A DNA stretch of 64,000 bases, from NCBI GenBank assembly GCA_002698995.1, contig PAAX01000001.1:1422-65421 (forward strand), in the 5' to 3' direction. Origin of the DNA: Ignavibacteriota bacterium (lineage in GTDB: Bacteria; Bacteroidota; Ignavibacteria; Ignavibacteriales; Melioribacteraceae). Positions within the stretch are counted from its first letter, which is position 1, and each line of letters begins with the position of its first letter. Position numbers and translations under genes: made by a program. This document shows positions 19,001-28,397 of this stretch, one piece after another. The notes beneath the pieces were generated by a model. The model searched no databases. It was not told where the DNA came from and saw only the letters and a program-made list of their open reading frames with translations.

Positions 19001-19307
19001 CAGTATAGGTTAATCTTTTTGGTTCGCCGCCGGAATTAGGAATAACATAAACTTCAGAATTTCCGTCATACTGACCTGTAAAAGCTATCATGCTTCCATC
19101 CGGAGAAAATCTGGGAAAAATTTCCAAACCTTTGTGAGTAGTTAATTTTCTAGCTGTTCCGCCGTTGATAGAAACTGTGTATAAATCCCCCGCATAAGTA
19201 AAAACAATTTGATTACCGTTTGTGGTGGGAAATCTCAATAATCTTCCTTCATCAGCATTTATAATTATTGCTGAAAATAGAAAGAGTACAATCAATATTT
19301 TTTTCAT
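16059..19307 (-). CDS. Tricorn-like protease (beta-propellers, PDZ and S41 peptidase domain)
   Basis: N-terminal signal peptide. TolB/WD40-like repeats (SPDG...). C-terminal S41 core GNGGGNVS ... FSASDGDLF. 1082 aa. Confidence 0.85.
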   Translation of the reverse strand: MKKILIVLFLFSAIIINADEGRLLRFPTTNGNQIVFTYAGDLYTVSINGGTARKLTTHKGLEIFPRFSPDGSMIAFTGQYDGNSEVYVIPNSGGEPKRLTYTATLSRDDVSDRMGPNNLVIGWTNDNKNILFRSRKAEFNSFKGKLYLANLNSEIEAELPLPRGGFASYSSDDSKLAYNRVFREFRTWKKYRGGMADDIWVYDFKTKETINITNNEAQDIIPMWFNDKIYFLSDRDENKRMNLFSYDLNTKETVQHTNFTDFDIKFPSINSNLIVFENAGYIYVFDASSNSYNKITITINEDFLNNRSELISVKNDISNYEISPDGNRALFGARGDVFTVPSEKGITRNLTNSSGVHERNSKWSPDGKYIAYISDKTGEDEIYITAQDGSENEIQLTNSKGAYKYGIAWSPDSKKILWTDRELNIKYVDVESKDEVLVFKSDRGRTLTADWSPDSKWITFSKPEENSMSKIYLYSLENKKVTPISDGWNSSSSPVFSSDGNFVVFISARNFSPTYSWTEWNHAYTDMDGIYLIALNKEVKNPFEPTNDEVKIKEETDGKSTDEKKEINDENKSVKVDFDGILDRIIKLPVKSSNYFSLKALENNIYYLRRGSDDSKTKFMVYDLKKQKETELGDINGYEISADEKKILVNTNGNYYITDLPKGKLDLSSSLNLNDLKMNLTRTEEWAQIFDQAWRQMRDFFYVENMHGVDWKEMKKRYEPLLKYVNHRIDLTYVIGEMIGELNIGHAYVGGGDYPQIDKIKLGLLGADIVRDKDSKYYQIKNILEGANWDDELRSPLTELGVNVNEGDYIISVNGISTKELNNFYEALIDKANKQVVLEVNSSPSEKGSRKVTVIPISDESSLYYYNWVQGNIKKVNEASNGKVGYIHVPNMGVEGLNEFVKHFYPQLNKEGLIIDVRGNGGGNVSPMLIERLRRELAMVSVFRNNPPRTNPSEMHLGPKVTLLDEFSASDGDLFPYRFKKHKLGKLIGKRSWGGVIGIAGSTPFVDGGYLNTPEFGPYDTEGKNWIIEGIGVEPDIYVDNDPAEEYEGKDAQLEKAIEVIIQEIKEYNYKLPEPPKDPIRK

Positions 19308-19400
19308 TAAACCCCCTTTATGAAATGATATAAAACAAGATTTGAAGTATTATTTGGATTTTATTATAATTGCCCTTCAAATAATATAGAAAGATACTAA

Positions 19401-19598
19401 ATGATGAATAAAATTGATGAAAAAAAGAATATTGAAAGATGTAACTGGTGCGGACATTCATTAAAGATTGTTTGGGTTCATGGTCATGGACAATGTTTAA
19501 CTTGCGGAATAAATGTGGACGAATGCTGCAGAGGTGAAAACAACTGTAATTTTCAGAATACTAACAGAGTAAAAAAGAATTTTATAATTGTTTCATAA
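19401..19598 (+). CDS. Small Cys-rich (zinc-ribbon-like) protein
   Basis: CNWCGH...CLTCG...CC pattern. Coding status is uncertain. Confidence 0.35.
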   Translation: MMNKIDEKKNIERCNWCGHSLKIVWVHGHGQCLTCGINVDECCRGENNCNFQNTNRVKKNFIIVS

Positions 19599-19775
19599 AG
19601 CGAAAAATCTCGTTCTGATACATTTACTATTTTAAGATGAAATACCGGATTTTATTTTAGTTCTTAAAATTGTTGAAATTCCTTCCAAATTCACAATCTA
19701 ACTAACAAATACTGTAAACTAATTCCAATAATAATCTTGGCACATCAATTGTTTATTACCTCAAGGAGGAATAAT

Positions 19776-20285
19776 ATGGAATTAGTACCTATAATAAAGA
19801 CATTACTGTTATACGGATCAATCTTTTTTACCGCTGTTATAGTTATTTCTTTTGTACTTTCAAAACTTAAGAACAATAACAAGAGCGAATTAAAGGAATA
19901 TGATCTCGTTCCTAATTATATTAATAAACCTACTGCTGTTAAACAGAATGTAAAAGTAATAAGACGTTCTGAAATAATAGATGATAGAAGAAAAACTGTT
20001 GTAAGAGAAAAACCAACTTACATAAAACCGATTGATGTTAATAGAAAGAGAAAAGATGAAAAAAGGAAATTAGAAAATCCTTCAATTTATTATTTAGATA
20101 GTAAAAAGAATAGCACTAGAACAACAAGAGTAAATGAATTAAGAAATGGTCCTACAATAGAAGAATTAAAATCTGAAACAAATGCGAGAAGATTTACGGT
20201 TTTAAATGAAAATATAGAAAGTAATAATCCTCACACAAGTTATTTGGAAAATAGATTTACAAGATCATTTTCTTATGGTAGATAG
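19776..20285 (+). CDS. Hypothetical membrane-anchored basic protein
   Basis: I prefer the ATG at 19776, preceded by AAGGAGGAATAAT, over the TTG at 19737. One N-terminal TM helix and a K/R-rich tail. Confidence 0.6.
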   Translation: MELVPIIKTLLLYGSIFFTAVIVISFVLSKLKNNNKSELKEYDLVPNYINKPTAVKQNVKVIRRSEIIDDRRKTVVREKPTYIKPIDVNRKRKDEKRKLENPSIYYLDSKKNSTRTTRVNELRNGPTIEELKSETNARRFTVLNENIESNNPHTSYLENRFTRSFSYGR

Positions 20286-20363
20286 AAATTAAAATAAAGG
20301 AGTTTGATTTTTTTGTAAAAAATAAGTATCTACAGAAGTAAATAATCACTAAACTTCTAAAAG

Positions 20364-20849
20364 ATGCTTGAAAAGAATAAATTAACAATTGCCGAAGAAT
20401 ATTTAGAGACAGCGTTTCAATTACAAATGAACGGAAAAATTGATGAGGCAATTGAAAATTACAAACTTTCCATTGAGTTTTTTCCAACCGCACAAGCATA
20501 TACATTTTTAGGATGGGCTTTAAGTAAAAAAGGAAAAATAGAAGATGCTATTATTAATTGTAAAATAGCAATTGAAATTGATCCCGATTTTGGAAATCCT
20601 TATAATGATATTGGTTCCTATTTAGTATCATTGGGCAGAGATGATGAAGCAATAGACTGGTTTAATAAAGCTATTGATGCTAAAAATTATATACCAAGAC
20701 ATTTTCCTTACTACAACTTGGGCAAAGTTTTTGAAAAAAGAGGGAAATGGTTTGAAGCAATTAGCTTTTACAATAAAGCAATTGAACTTGAACCAAACTA
20801 CAAACCGGCAAGCGATGCAGTATCACAACTAACAGCATTAATGAACTAA
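20364..20849 (+). CDS. TPR repeat protein
   Basis: Repeated A..Y..AI...P....A......G pattern (at least four TPR units). Confidence 0.8.
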   Translation: MLEKNKLTIAEEYLETAFQLQMNGKIDEAIENYKLSIEFFPTAQAYTFLGWALSKKGKIEDAIINCKIAIEIDPDFGNPYNDIGSYLVSLGRDDEAIDWFNKAIDAKNYIPRHFPYYNLGKVFEKRGKWFEAISFYNKAIELEPNYKPASDAVSQLTALMN

Positions 20850-20872
20850 CTAATTAACAACTGGAGGGTCTT

Positions 20873-22339
20873 ATGAGGAATACTCTTTACATCTTTCTTA
20901 CTCTTGTTTTATCAACAGCACTTTTTGCACAGGCAACATTAAATCACGATACTGGTTCAATTAAAGTTACCGTTTTTAATAACGGTTATATTGGGCATAA
21001 TGATTTAGGCAGCGGTGCCGGATTTGTATATGATGGTAATGTTGATGCTTTATTTACCGGTGGATTAATGATTGGTCATCCTGCTGCCGGTGTTAATGGA
21101 ATGGTTGGCAGTTTTACAAGCGGTAGTGCAACTGTTATTAATGATATGGTTTCTACTGACGGGATGAATGGTTTTTACAGCGATTCATTCTTCAATCAAG
21201 TTGCTGATGCTTCTTATCAAGATCAAAATTCTGCTTCTCCTCTTGGGTTAAATGTATTACAGGTTTCTTATTCTAATACTGGTGATGAATACATGTTTGT
21301 TAGACTTGTAGTAAGAAACAATGCCGGATTTACTTTGCAGGATGTTTATGTTGGTATGTTTGCCGATTGGGATGTTGGTCTTAACAATTATGATAAAAAC
21401 AGAGGTGGTATTGATAAAGCGAGAAATTTAACATATCAATATGAAAACGGTGGTGCCGCCGATGTAAATTATTATGGTATTGTTGCATTAAACGGATTAG
21501 CTGGAGCAAAAGTTACAACTGCTTCTCCTTTTGATGAAGGAGATATTCGTTTAGTTCTTTATGATTGGATCAGTGCAGTTGATGAAACTCCTATTTCAGC
21601 TGACGGTGATTACAGAACTTATATGGGAAGCGGTCCTTATACATTGCTTGACGGTCAAGCTGTGGAAGTTGGATTTGCTTTTGTTGCAGGAAAAGATTTG
21701 GATGATTTAAAAGCCAATGCAGAAGATGCAGCAGATGAATGGTTAGCCGGTAATGTTCCTGTTGAATTAACTTCATTCAATGCTATGATGACAGGAAGTA
21801 ATGTTAATCTGCAATGGGCAACTGCAACAGAAACCAATAATCAAGGTTTTGAAATTCAGAGAAAAATTGTAAAAGATGGAAATGAAAGTGACTGGAATTT
21901 AGTTGCATTCAAACAAGGATTTGGAACTACAACAGAACCTCAGCAATATTCTTATCAAGATGATATATCAAAATTAAATGCCGATAAAATTTACTACAGA
22001 TTAAAACAGATTGATTTTGACGGCAGATATGAATTTACCGATGAAGTTTTTGTTGAGAATAATATACCACAAGTTTTTGGTTTAGAACAAAATTATCCTA
22101 ATCCTTTTAACCCGGCTACAAAAATCACATTTAATTTACCTGAACAAGATTTCGTTACTTTGAAAGTATATAACATGATTGGTGAAGAAGTTGCTGAATT
22201 AGTTAACGAAATGAAAGAAGCCGGAACTTATCAAGTTGATTTTAATGCAATAAATCTAACTAGCGGAACTTATTTATATGTTCTTAAAGGAGTTAATAAC
22301 AATTCAGTTGATGTTAAAAAGATGATTTTAGTAAAGTAA
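20873..22339 (+). CDS. Secreted protein with a T9SS C-terminal sorting domain
   Basis: Signal peptide at the N-terminus. C-terminus LEQNYPNPFNPATKITFNLPE...VKVYNMIGEEVAELV...GTYLYVLK. Confidence 0.8.
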   Translation: MRNTLYIFLTLVLSTALFAQATLNHDTGSIKVTVFNNGYIGHNDLGSGAGFVYDGNVDALFTGGLMIGHPAAGVNGMVGSFTSGSATVINDMVSTDGMNGFYSDSFFNQVADASYQDQNSASPLGLNVLQVSYSNTGDEYMFVRLVVRNNAGFTLQDVYVGMFADWDVGLNNYDKNRGGIDKARNLTYQYENGGAADVNYYGIVALNGLAGAKVTTASPFDEGDIRLVLYDWISAVDETPISADGDYRTYMGSGPYTLLDGQAVEVGFAFVAGKDLDDLKANAEDAADEWLAGNVPVELTSFNAMMTGSNVNLQWATATETNNQGFEIQRKIVKDGNESDWNLVAFKQGFGTTTEPQQYSYQDDISKLNADKIYYRLKQIDFDGRYEFTDEVFVENNIPQVFGLEQNYPNPFNPATKITFNLPEQDFVTLKVYNMIGEEVAELVNEMKEAGTYQVDFNAINLTSGTYLYVLKGVNNNSVDVKKMILVK

Positions 22340-22365
22340 TTATTCTGAACTAACATTAAAAATTT

Positions 22366-22402
22366 AAAGGGAGCTTTTGCATTAAATAGCTCCCTTTTTT
22401 TA
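22366..22402 (+). terminator. Rho-independent terminator
   Basis: AAAGGGAGC-ttttgcattaaata-GCTCCCTTT followed by a T-run, 27 nt after the stop codon. Confidence 0.7.
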
Positions 22403-22405
22403 TAA

Positions 22406-22741
22406 TTATTCTACTGATTCAAATTTCCTTCCGACAAAGAAAGAGAGTATAAAACCCAGTCCTGTAAAGCCAAAGATAAACATTGGAATCCAAAATTCTC
22501 CGTAACCGTAATCTTCCAATCCGATTCCAAATCCTAAACCTAATCCAAATAAAACCAGCACTATTCCGGTCTTTAGCCAAAGAACAGGATTTCGTTTCTT
22601 TTTCAGAAATTCAGCCATCTCTTGAAATGAAATTCCTTTTTCAAACATTAATTGTCTTTCTCTAAATCGGAGATACAAATAAGTTACAACTATTACTCCA
22701 ATTACTAAAAAACCTATTATGGGTATTAACATTGGTGACAT
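22406..22741 (-). CDS. Small membrane protein
   Basis: Three to four TM helices. Divergent from the ECF sigma operon. Confidence 0.6.
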   Translation of the reverse strand: MSPMLIPIIGFLVIGVIVVTYLYLRFRERQLMFEKGISFQEMAEFLKKKRNPVLWLKTGIVLVLFGLGLGFGIGLEDYGYGEFWIPMFIFGFTGLGFILSFFVGRKFESVE

Positions 22742-22938
22742 TTTATTTTCTCCTTTTAACTGTTCTAAATTTTTCCAAGATTAACTTGTAATTCGTTTTC
22801 TATTGGTTAAGACTATGGCAGTTGACAAAAAGGTTACAAACAAGAATGATTTTTATAAAAAAACTTTTTAGAAATAAACAAATAACTTTAGAAGAAAAAA
22901 TGTAACCTTTAATCCAATCACTTAGTCATAATAAACAA

Positions 22939-23502
22939 ATGAAAAACTTAAGCGATAACCAAATAATAGAATCTATATTAAAAGGGAATCATTCAGATTA
23001 TGCTCTTTTAATTGACAGATATAAAGACAGGGCATTTTCTCTATTAAAAAGAATACTGAAAGATGAGATGGATGCAGAAGAGGCTTTGCAGGATTCGTTT
23101 TTAAAAGCTTTTAATTCGCTTAAAGATTTTCGTATGGAAGCAAAATTTTCTACTTGGTTTTATAAAATAGTTTATAATACTGCTTTAACAGTAATTACCA
23201 GGAAGAAAAGACAAATAGAGAAGCAAATGCTTTCTATTGATGAAGATTTTGAATTGAAAGATGATAACCAAGCATATTCAACTTCTAATGATGCAAAAGA
23301 GTTTGTTCTTAAAATGATTGATAAACTTCCCCCTAGAAATGCTTTGGTTGTTATATTATTTTATATCGATAATTTATCATTGGATGAAATAAGCAAAGTT
23401 TTGGATATTTCTATTGTCAATACTAAAGTTATGCTGCACAGATCAAGAAATGCTTTGCGTGATGTTTTAATTAAACATAATTATCATGAGGAAATTTTAT
23501 GA
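22939..23502 (+). CDS. ECF-type RNA polymerase sigma factor
   Basis: Region 2 (DAEEALQDSFLKAF...WFYKIVYN) and region 4 (LSLDEISKVLDISIVNTKVMLHRSR). Confidence 0.9.
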   Translation: MKNLSDNQIIESILKGNHSDYALLIDRYKDRAFSLLKRILKDEMDAEEALQDSFLKAFNSLKDFRMEAKFSTWFYKIVYNTALTVITRKKRQIEKQMLSIDEDFELKDDNQAYSTSNDAKEFVLKMIDKLPPRNALVVILFYIDNLSLDEISKVLDISIVNTKVMLHRSRNALRDVLIKHNYHEEIL

Positions 23503-24038
23503 GTAAGTTAAACGATGATTTGTTAAACGATGATTTGTTGAACGATTATGTTGATAATAATTTGTCATCTTCAAAAGTTAACGAGATTAATAAAATAATA
23601 AATGAAGATGAAACCGAATTATCAAGATTAAGAGCACATAAGTTTGTTCATCAAACACTCAAAGAGATTCCTGTTGATGAAGCACCTAAAAATATTTCGC
23701 AGTTAGTAATGTCAAAAATTACTGAAGCAATTTCTTTTGATTCTCAAGCTTCAAATTTCTTTAAGTTTGTGATCGGATTTTTTGTAATAATTATTTCTGC
23801 AGTATTTATTTATTCATTTCAAGTACAGACCGATACGGAAGGATCTACTTCATTCCAGTTTTTCGAAAAATTTTTCCACGGATTATCAACTATGCTTCCG
23901 AATTTCCCAAATATCTTTTCAAACTCAAGTATTACAATTATTGGAAGTGCATTAATTATAATTCTATTTATTGCCTCATTCTATATGGTGGAATCACATT
24001 TTCATTTTAAGAAAAAATTAGATCACTTCTCCAAGTGA
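23499..24038 (+). CDS. Putative anti-sigma factor / membrane protein
   Basis: 4-nt overlap with the sigma gene. TM helices in the C-terminal half. Confidence 0.6.
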   Translation: MSKLNDDLLNDDLLNDYVDNNLSSSKVNEINKIINEDETELSRLRAHKFVHQTLKEIPVDEAPKNISQLVMSKITEAISFDSQASNFFKFVIGFFVIIISAVFIYSFQVQTDTEGSTSFQFFEKFFHGLSTMLPNFPNIFSNSSITIIGSALIIILFIASFYMVESHFHFKKKLDHFSK

Positions 24039-24127
24039 AATGATTTAATTTATTAAACAGAATTACTCTTCAAAATTGCCTTTCATACTCTGCTTATCTA
24101 TTTTTCAGATAAAAGAAAAAGAGAACT

Positions 24128-25036
24128 ATGAATTTCAAATCTGGTTACGTTGCAATTTTGGGTCTGCCAAATGCCGGTAAATCTACTTTGATGAATGCTG
24201 TTATCGGTGAAAAATTATCTATCATTACTAGTAAGCCGCAAACTACAAGAAAGAGAATCACCGGGATTTATTCCGACGAAAAAGCTCAAATTATTTTTCT
24301 TGATACTCCCGGAATTTTAGAGCCTAACTATCTCCTTCAAGAAAAGATGATGGAATTTGTAGATAGTTCAATTAAAGATGCGGATTTAATTCTTCTTCTC
24401 CTTGATATTTCTTATGATAAAAAGGGGAATAAGCTTTTTTCTAATAAGACTGTTGATGCAATTTTAGGAAACAAACGAAAAAAGAAAGTTCTGATTATTA
24501 ATAAGATTGATCTTTCTAATCAAGATGAATTGAAAAATATAATTGAGCATTTTGAAAAATTAAAAATGTTTGAAAGTATTATTCCTATTTCAGCCGCCAA
24601 AAATTTTAATGTAGAAACCTTAAAAGAAAAAATAATTGAGCTTCTTCCTGAAGGACCAAAGTATTACCCTGAGGATCAACTCTCTGATGAAAATGAAAGA
24701 TTTTTTGTGACAGAAATAATTAGGGAAAAGATTTTTGAGATATTCAAAGATGAAGTACCATACAGCACCGAAGTAATAATTGATGAATTCAAAGAAAGAG
24801 ATGGAAGAAAAGATTTTATTTCGGCTTCAATTATTGTTGAAAGAGATTCTCAAAAGCCTATTATTATTGGGCATAAAGGGGAATCAATAAAAAAGATCGG
24901 GCAGTTATCGCGCGAATCAATAGAAGCATTTTTAGGAAGAGAAGTCTATTTGGAACTTCATGTAAAAGTAAAAGCAAAATGGCGTTCAAATATTACTCAG
25001 CTTAAAAATTTTGGATATCATACCGGAAATGAATAA
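24128..25036 (+). CDS. era: GTPase Era
   Basis: G1 GLPNAGKST, G3 DTPG, G4 NKID and a C-terminal KH domain. Confidence 0.95.
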   Translation: MNFKSGYVAILGLPNAGKSTLMNAVIGEKLSIITSKPQTTRKRITGIYSDEKAQIIFLDTPGILEPNYLLQEKMMEFVDSSIKDADLILLLLDISYDKKGNKLFSNKTVDAILGNKRKKKVLIINKIDLSNQDELKNIIEHFEKLKMFESIIPISAAKNFNVETLKEKIIELLPEGPKYYPEDQLSDENERFFVTEIIREKIFEIFKDEVPYSTEVIIDEFKERDGRKDFISASIIVERDSQKPIIIGHKGESIKKIGQLSRESIEAFLGREVYLELHVKVKAKWRSNITQLKNFGYHTGNE

Positions 25037-25979
25037 TTCCTCAATTAATGCATTCAGAAAAAGATTTAAAGGAGAAATTGCACTTTTAATTATTACGGTA
25101 ATTTGGGGAGCAACTTTCCCAATTATTAAAGAATCATTAAATGATTCAACTCCTTTCATTTTTGTTGCTGTTAGATTTTCAATCGCATCAATTTTAATAC
25201 TTCCTTTTTTCCTGCCAAAAGTAAAACTGCTAAACAAGGAAACTCTGAAAGCCGGATTGGTATTGGGAGTATTAATGTTTGGGGGATTTGTTACTCAAAC
25301 AATTGGACTTAATCACACAACTGCAACTAAATCCGGATTTATAACCGGCTCTGTTGTTGTAATGATTCCTTTTCTTCAATTTTATATGGAAAAGAAAATC
25401 CCAACCAAAGGAGCAATTTTTGGTACAATATTAGTCTTTATCGGATTGCTTTTCCTTTCAAGCGGAGGAAATGACTTAATCAGTTTTATTACTGATTTGG
25501 GAGGAAGTTTTAACTTCGGCGATTTTATGACGTTAGTCTGCGCAATTATTTTTGCGCACTATGTAGTTTATATTGATATTTATACAAATAAATATGAGTT
25601 TATTTTTCTCTTTTCTCTGCAGATTTTCACTACAGCAATACTTGGTATTTTATCCGCTTCGTTTATTGGAATTTCAGATTTAGGTGAAATTAGATTTGTA
25701 CTTACCGAGAGTTTAATTTTCGGTCTTCTTTATACCGGCATTCTTGCAACTGTGGTAAATATTGGTATCCAGACTAAATTTCAAAAGCTAATTACTCCAA
25801 CTAAAGCCGGAATTATTTATTCTTTCGAACCGATATTCGCTGCAGTTTTTGCATTCTTTTTATTGAATGAGAAAATAAGTAATTTTGGTTTCATCGGAAT
25901 GGGTTTGATTTTCTTTGGATTAATTTCTTCAGAAATTTACGATACATTGTTTAATAAAAATGGAAAAGAAAATAGTTAG
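25011..25979 (+). CDS. EamA/DMT family transporter
   Basis: Ten hydrophobic helices in a duplicated EamA pattern. Confidence 0.8.
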   Translation: MDIIPEMNNSSINAFRKRFKGEIALLIITVIWGATFPIIKESLNDSTPFIFVAVRFSIASILILPFFLPKVKLLNKETLKAGLVLGVLMFGGFVTQTIGLNHTTATKSGFITGSVVVMIPFLQFYMEKKIPTKGAIFGTILVFIGLLFLSSGGNDLISFITDLGGSFNFGDFMTLVCAIIFAHYVVYIDIYTNKYEFIFLFSLQIFTTAILGILSASFIGISDLGEIRFVLTESLIFGLLYTGILATVVNIGIQTKFQKLITPTKAGIIYSFEPIFAAVFAFFLLNEKISNFGFIGMGLIFFGLISSEIYDTLFNKNGKENS

Positions 25980-26244
25980 AGCAGAAATTTTAGTCTCTGG
26001 TTTAGTGCAGGGTGTTGGATTTAGATATTTTGTTTATCAGCATGCAAAAAATCTGGGATTAAAAGGATACACTAAAAATTTATATTCCGGAGAAGTTTAT
26101 ACTATTGCAGAGGGAAGTAAAGAGTATTTAGAAGAACTTGTTAATAAATTGAAAATTGGTCCGATGCATGCACATGTTAAAGATTATTCAGTTAAATGGA
26201 CCGAAAATAAAAATGAATTTTCAGATTTTGAGATAAGAAGATAA
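25960..26244 (+). CDS. acyP: Acylphosphatase
   Basis: VSGLVQGVGFRYFV signature, 94 aa. Confidence 0.85.
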   Translation: MEKKIVRAEILVSGLVQGVGFRYFVYQHAKNLGLKGYTKNLYSGEVYTIAEGSKEYLEELVNKLKIGPMHAHVKDYSVKWTENKNEFSDFEIRR

Positions 26245-26729
26245 TGCAGAATATTAGAATCGGTTTTGGCTATGACGTTCATCAGTTAAGTAAAGATAGA
26301 AAACTATTTTTAGGAGGAATTGAAATTCCTTCAGAACTTGGACTGCTTGGTCATTCGGATGCAGATGTGCTTCTTCATGCAGTTTGCGATGCACTTTTAG
26401 GAGCTTTAGCATTGGGAGATATAGGTAAACATTTCCCTAATAATGATCCGAAGTTTAAAGATATTGACAGTAAAATATTACTTAAGGAATCTTATAAACT
26501 GGTAAAAGAAAAAGGATTTACTTTAGGAAATCTTGATGCATCATTAGTTTTGGAAAAACCGAAAATTCTTCCCCATTTAGAGAAAATTAAGTTAAGTATC
26601 TCTTCAATTTTAGAATGCAGTACTGATCAAGTTTCGATCAAAGCTACAACTTCCGAAAAGCTTGGTTTTGTTGGGAGAGAAGAAGGTGCGGAAGCTTATG
26701 CGACAGTGTTGCTTTTCAAAATAGATTAA
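26244..26729 (+). CDS. ispF: 2-C-methyl-D-erythritol 2,4-cyclodiphosphate synthase
   Basis: IGFGYDVHQL ... GHSDADVLLHAVCDALLGA. Confidence 0.95.
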   Translation: MQNIRIGFGYDVHQLSKDRKLFLGGIEIPSELGLLGHSDADVLLHAVCDALLGALALGDIGKHFPNNDPKFKDIDSKILLKESYKLVKEKGFTLGNLDASLVLEKPKILPHLEKIKLSISSILECSTDQVSIKATTSEKLGFVGREEGAEAYATVLLFKID

Positions 26730-26750
26730 TCATTTCAAAGAGCTTTTTAA

Positions 26751-28394
26751 TTGTTCAAAAAATTCAAAATACCCTTAACACCTGAAGAAAGAATTAAGAG
26801 AAGAAATCATTTACTTCTAGGATTGTTATCCGGTGTACTCCTCGGTATTTCATTTCCCCCAATTCCCTTATGGATATTGACCTTTGCTGCACTTGTGCCG
26901 TACTTCTTTGTTTTAGAAGAAAAAGAAGGATTAGCTGAAATAAATAGATTTACTTATTTCACCATGTTCTTTTTTAATTTGAATACACTGTACTGGGTGG
27001 GCAGCTGGACTAAAGATGCTGATCCATTCCTTATGATTTCAGGAACTGTTTTGATGTTCTTTAATCCTCTCTTGTTCTTAATCCCTTCTACATTTTATTA
27101 TTTTGCTAGAAAATCATTCGGTAAAACTACAGCGCTAATCGGATTTCCTTTGTTCTGGGTGAGTTATGAGTTTCTTTACAGTATAACAGATTTTAGATTT
27201 CCTTGGCTGATTCTGGGAAATAGTCAGTCTAAAAATTTATTATTCATTCAAATTGCCGATATTATTGGGGCAAACGGATTATCGCTGTTGATAATTATTA
27301 TAAATATTCTACTCTATCTTATTGTAAAAGAATATATTGAGAGCAAAAGATTATCAAGCAGTAAATCTGCAATATTAGTGTTATTGATTTCTCTTCCCTT
27401 AATTTATGGGAATTTCAGATTGAATAATTATGAGATTACTGGAAGCAGATTAAAAGTGGGTGTTGTACAGCCTAATTTAAATCCATGGAAAAAGTGGGAA
27501 GCCGGTAATTTATCTGAGCAATTGGATTTATACTTAAATCTTTCTAAAGAAACAATTAAAGATAGTGCGCAAATTATAATCTGGCCTGAAAGTGCACTTC
27601 CGGTTTATCTTCTTTCTTCCAATTATCCTAATGAAGTAAATACTATTCATAAATTTGTTGATGCAAACAATATAATTTTAATAACAGGAATGCCTCATAT
27701 AAATTTCTTCAAAGAGGATGAAGCCCCCAAAAATGCAAAGAGAACAAATACTGGGAAATATTTATATACTTCTTATAATTCGGTTTTGATGTTTAAACCC
27801 AATTCCAGAAAAATAGATTATTACGGAAAAATAAAACTAGTCCCATTTGGTGAAAAGGTTCCGCTTGTTGAACACATTCCTTTTTTAGGGGATTTACTTA
27901 GATGGAATGTCGGTATCTCAAGCTGGAATGTTGGGAATGATACGGTTGTATTTAACACTAATTTAGAAAGCATTGCACAAGAAATTAAGCCGGCTGGAGT
28001 TATCTGCATCGAATCAATTTATCCCGATTTTGTAGCTCAGTTTGTTGATAAAGGGGCAAACCTTTTAACTGTTGTTACTAATGACAGCTGGTACGGAAAT
28101 TCGAGCGGACCTTATCAGCATAAGGAAATATCTGTCCTTCGTGCAGTTGAAAATAGAAGATTTTTAGTCCGCTCTGCAAATGGGGGAATATCCTGCATAA
28201 TTGATCCTTTCGGAAATACTACTATTGAAACCGAAATGTTTACAAAGGATTCATTTGTTGGAGAAGTTAATTTAATTGAAGAAAAAACTTTTTATACAAG
28301 AAATCCATTAATTGTCCCTTACCTCTCTTTAGCTTTTTCAATATGGGTTTTGGCCTTTTACTGGGTTAGAAAATTTACCGGTGGAGTTAAATAA
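26751..28394 (+). CDS. lnt: Apolipoprotein N-acyltransferase
   Basis: N-terminal polytopic membrane part followed by a CN-hydrolase domain (IIWPESALP, VICIESIYPDF). TTG start as given in the ORF track. Confidence 0.85.
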   Translation: MFKKFKIPLTPEERIKRRNHLLLGLLSGVLLGISFPPIPLWILTFAALVPYFFVLEEKEGLAEINRFTYFTMFFFNLNTLYWVGSWTKDADPFLMISGTVLMFFNPLLFLIPSTFYYFARKSFGKTTALIGFPLFWVSYEFLYSITDFRFPWLILGNSQSKNLLFIQIADIIGANGLSLLIIIINILLYLIVKEYIESKRLSSSKSAILVLLISLPLIYGNFRLNNYEITGSRLKVGVVQPNLNPWKKWEAGNLSEQLDLYLNLSKETIKDSAQIIIWPESALPVYLLSSNYPNEVNTIHKFVDANNIILITGMPHINFFKEDEAPKNAKRTNTGKYLYTSYNSVLMFKPNSRKIDYYGKIKLVPFGEKVPLVEHIPFLGDLLRWNVGISSWNVGNDTVVFNTNLESIAQEIKPAGVICIESIYPDFVAQFVDKGANLLTVVTNDSWYGNSSGPYQHKEISVLRAVENRRFLVRSANGGISCIIDPFGNTTIETEMFTKDSFVGEVNLIEEKTFYTRNPLIVPYLSLAFSIWVLAFYWVRKFTGGVK

Positions 28395-28397
28395 AAC

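Noticed and set aside
19737-19775. TTG start at 19737 for the 182-aa ORF
   Set aside because: The ATG at 19776 has a strong AAGGAGGA site 5-12 nt upstream and starts directly at the TM helix, so I preferred the shorter model.
23511-23548. 15-bp tandem repeat (AACGATGATTTGTTr x2.5) encoding LNDDL LNDDL LND in the anti-sigma-like gene
   Set aside because: It is in frame and very short, with no evidence of functional significance. It is most likely a simple slippage duplication.
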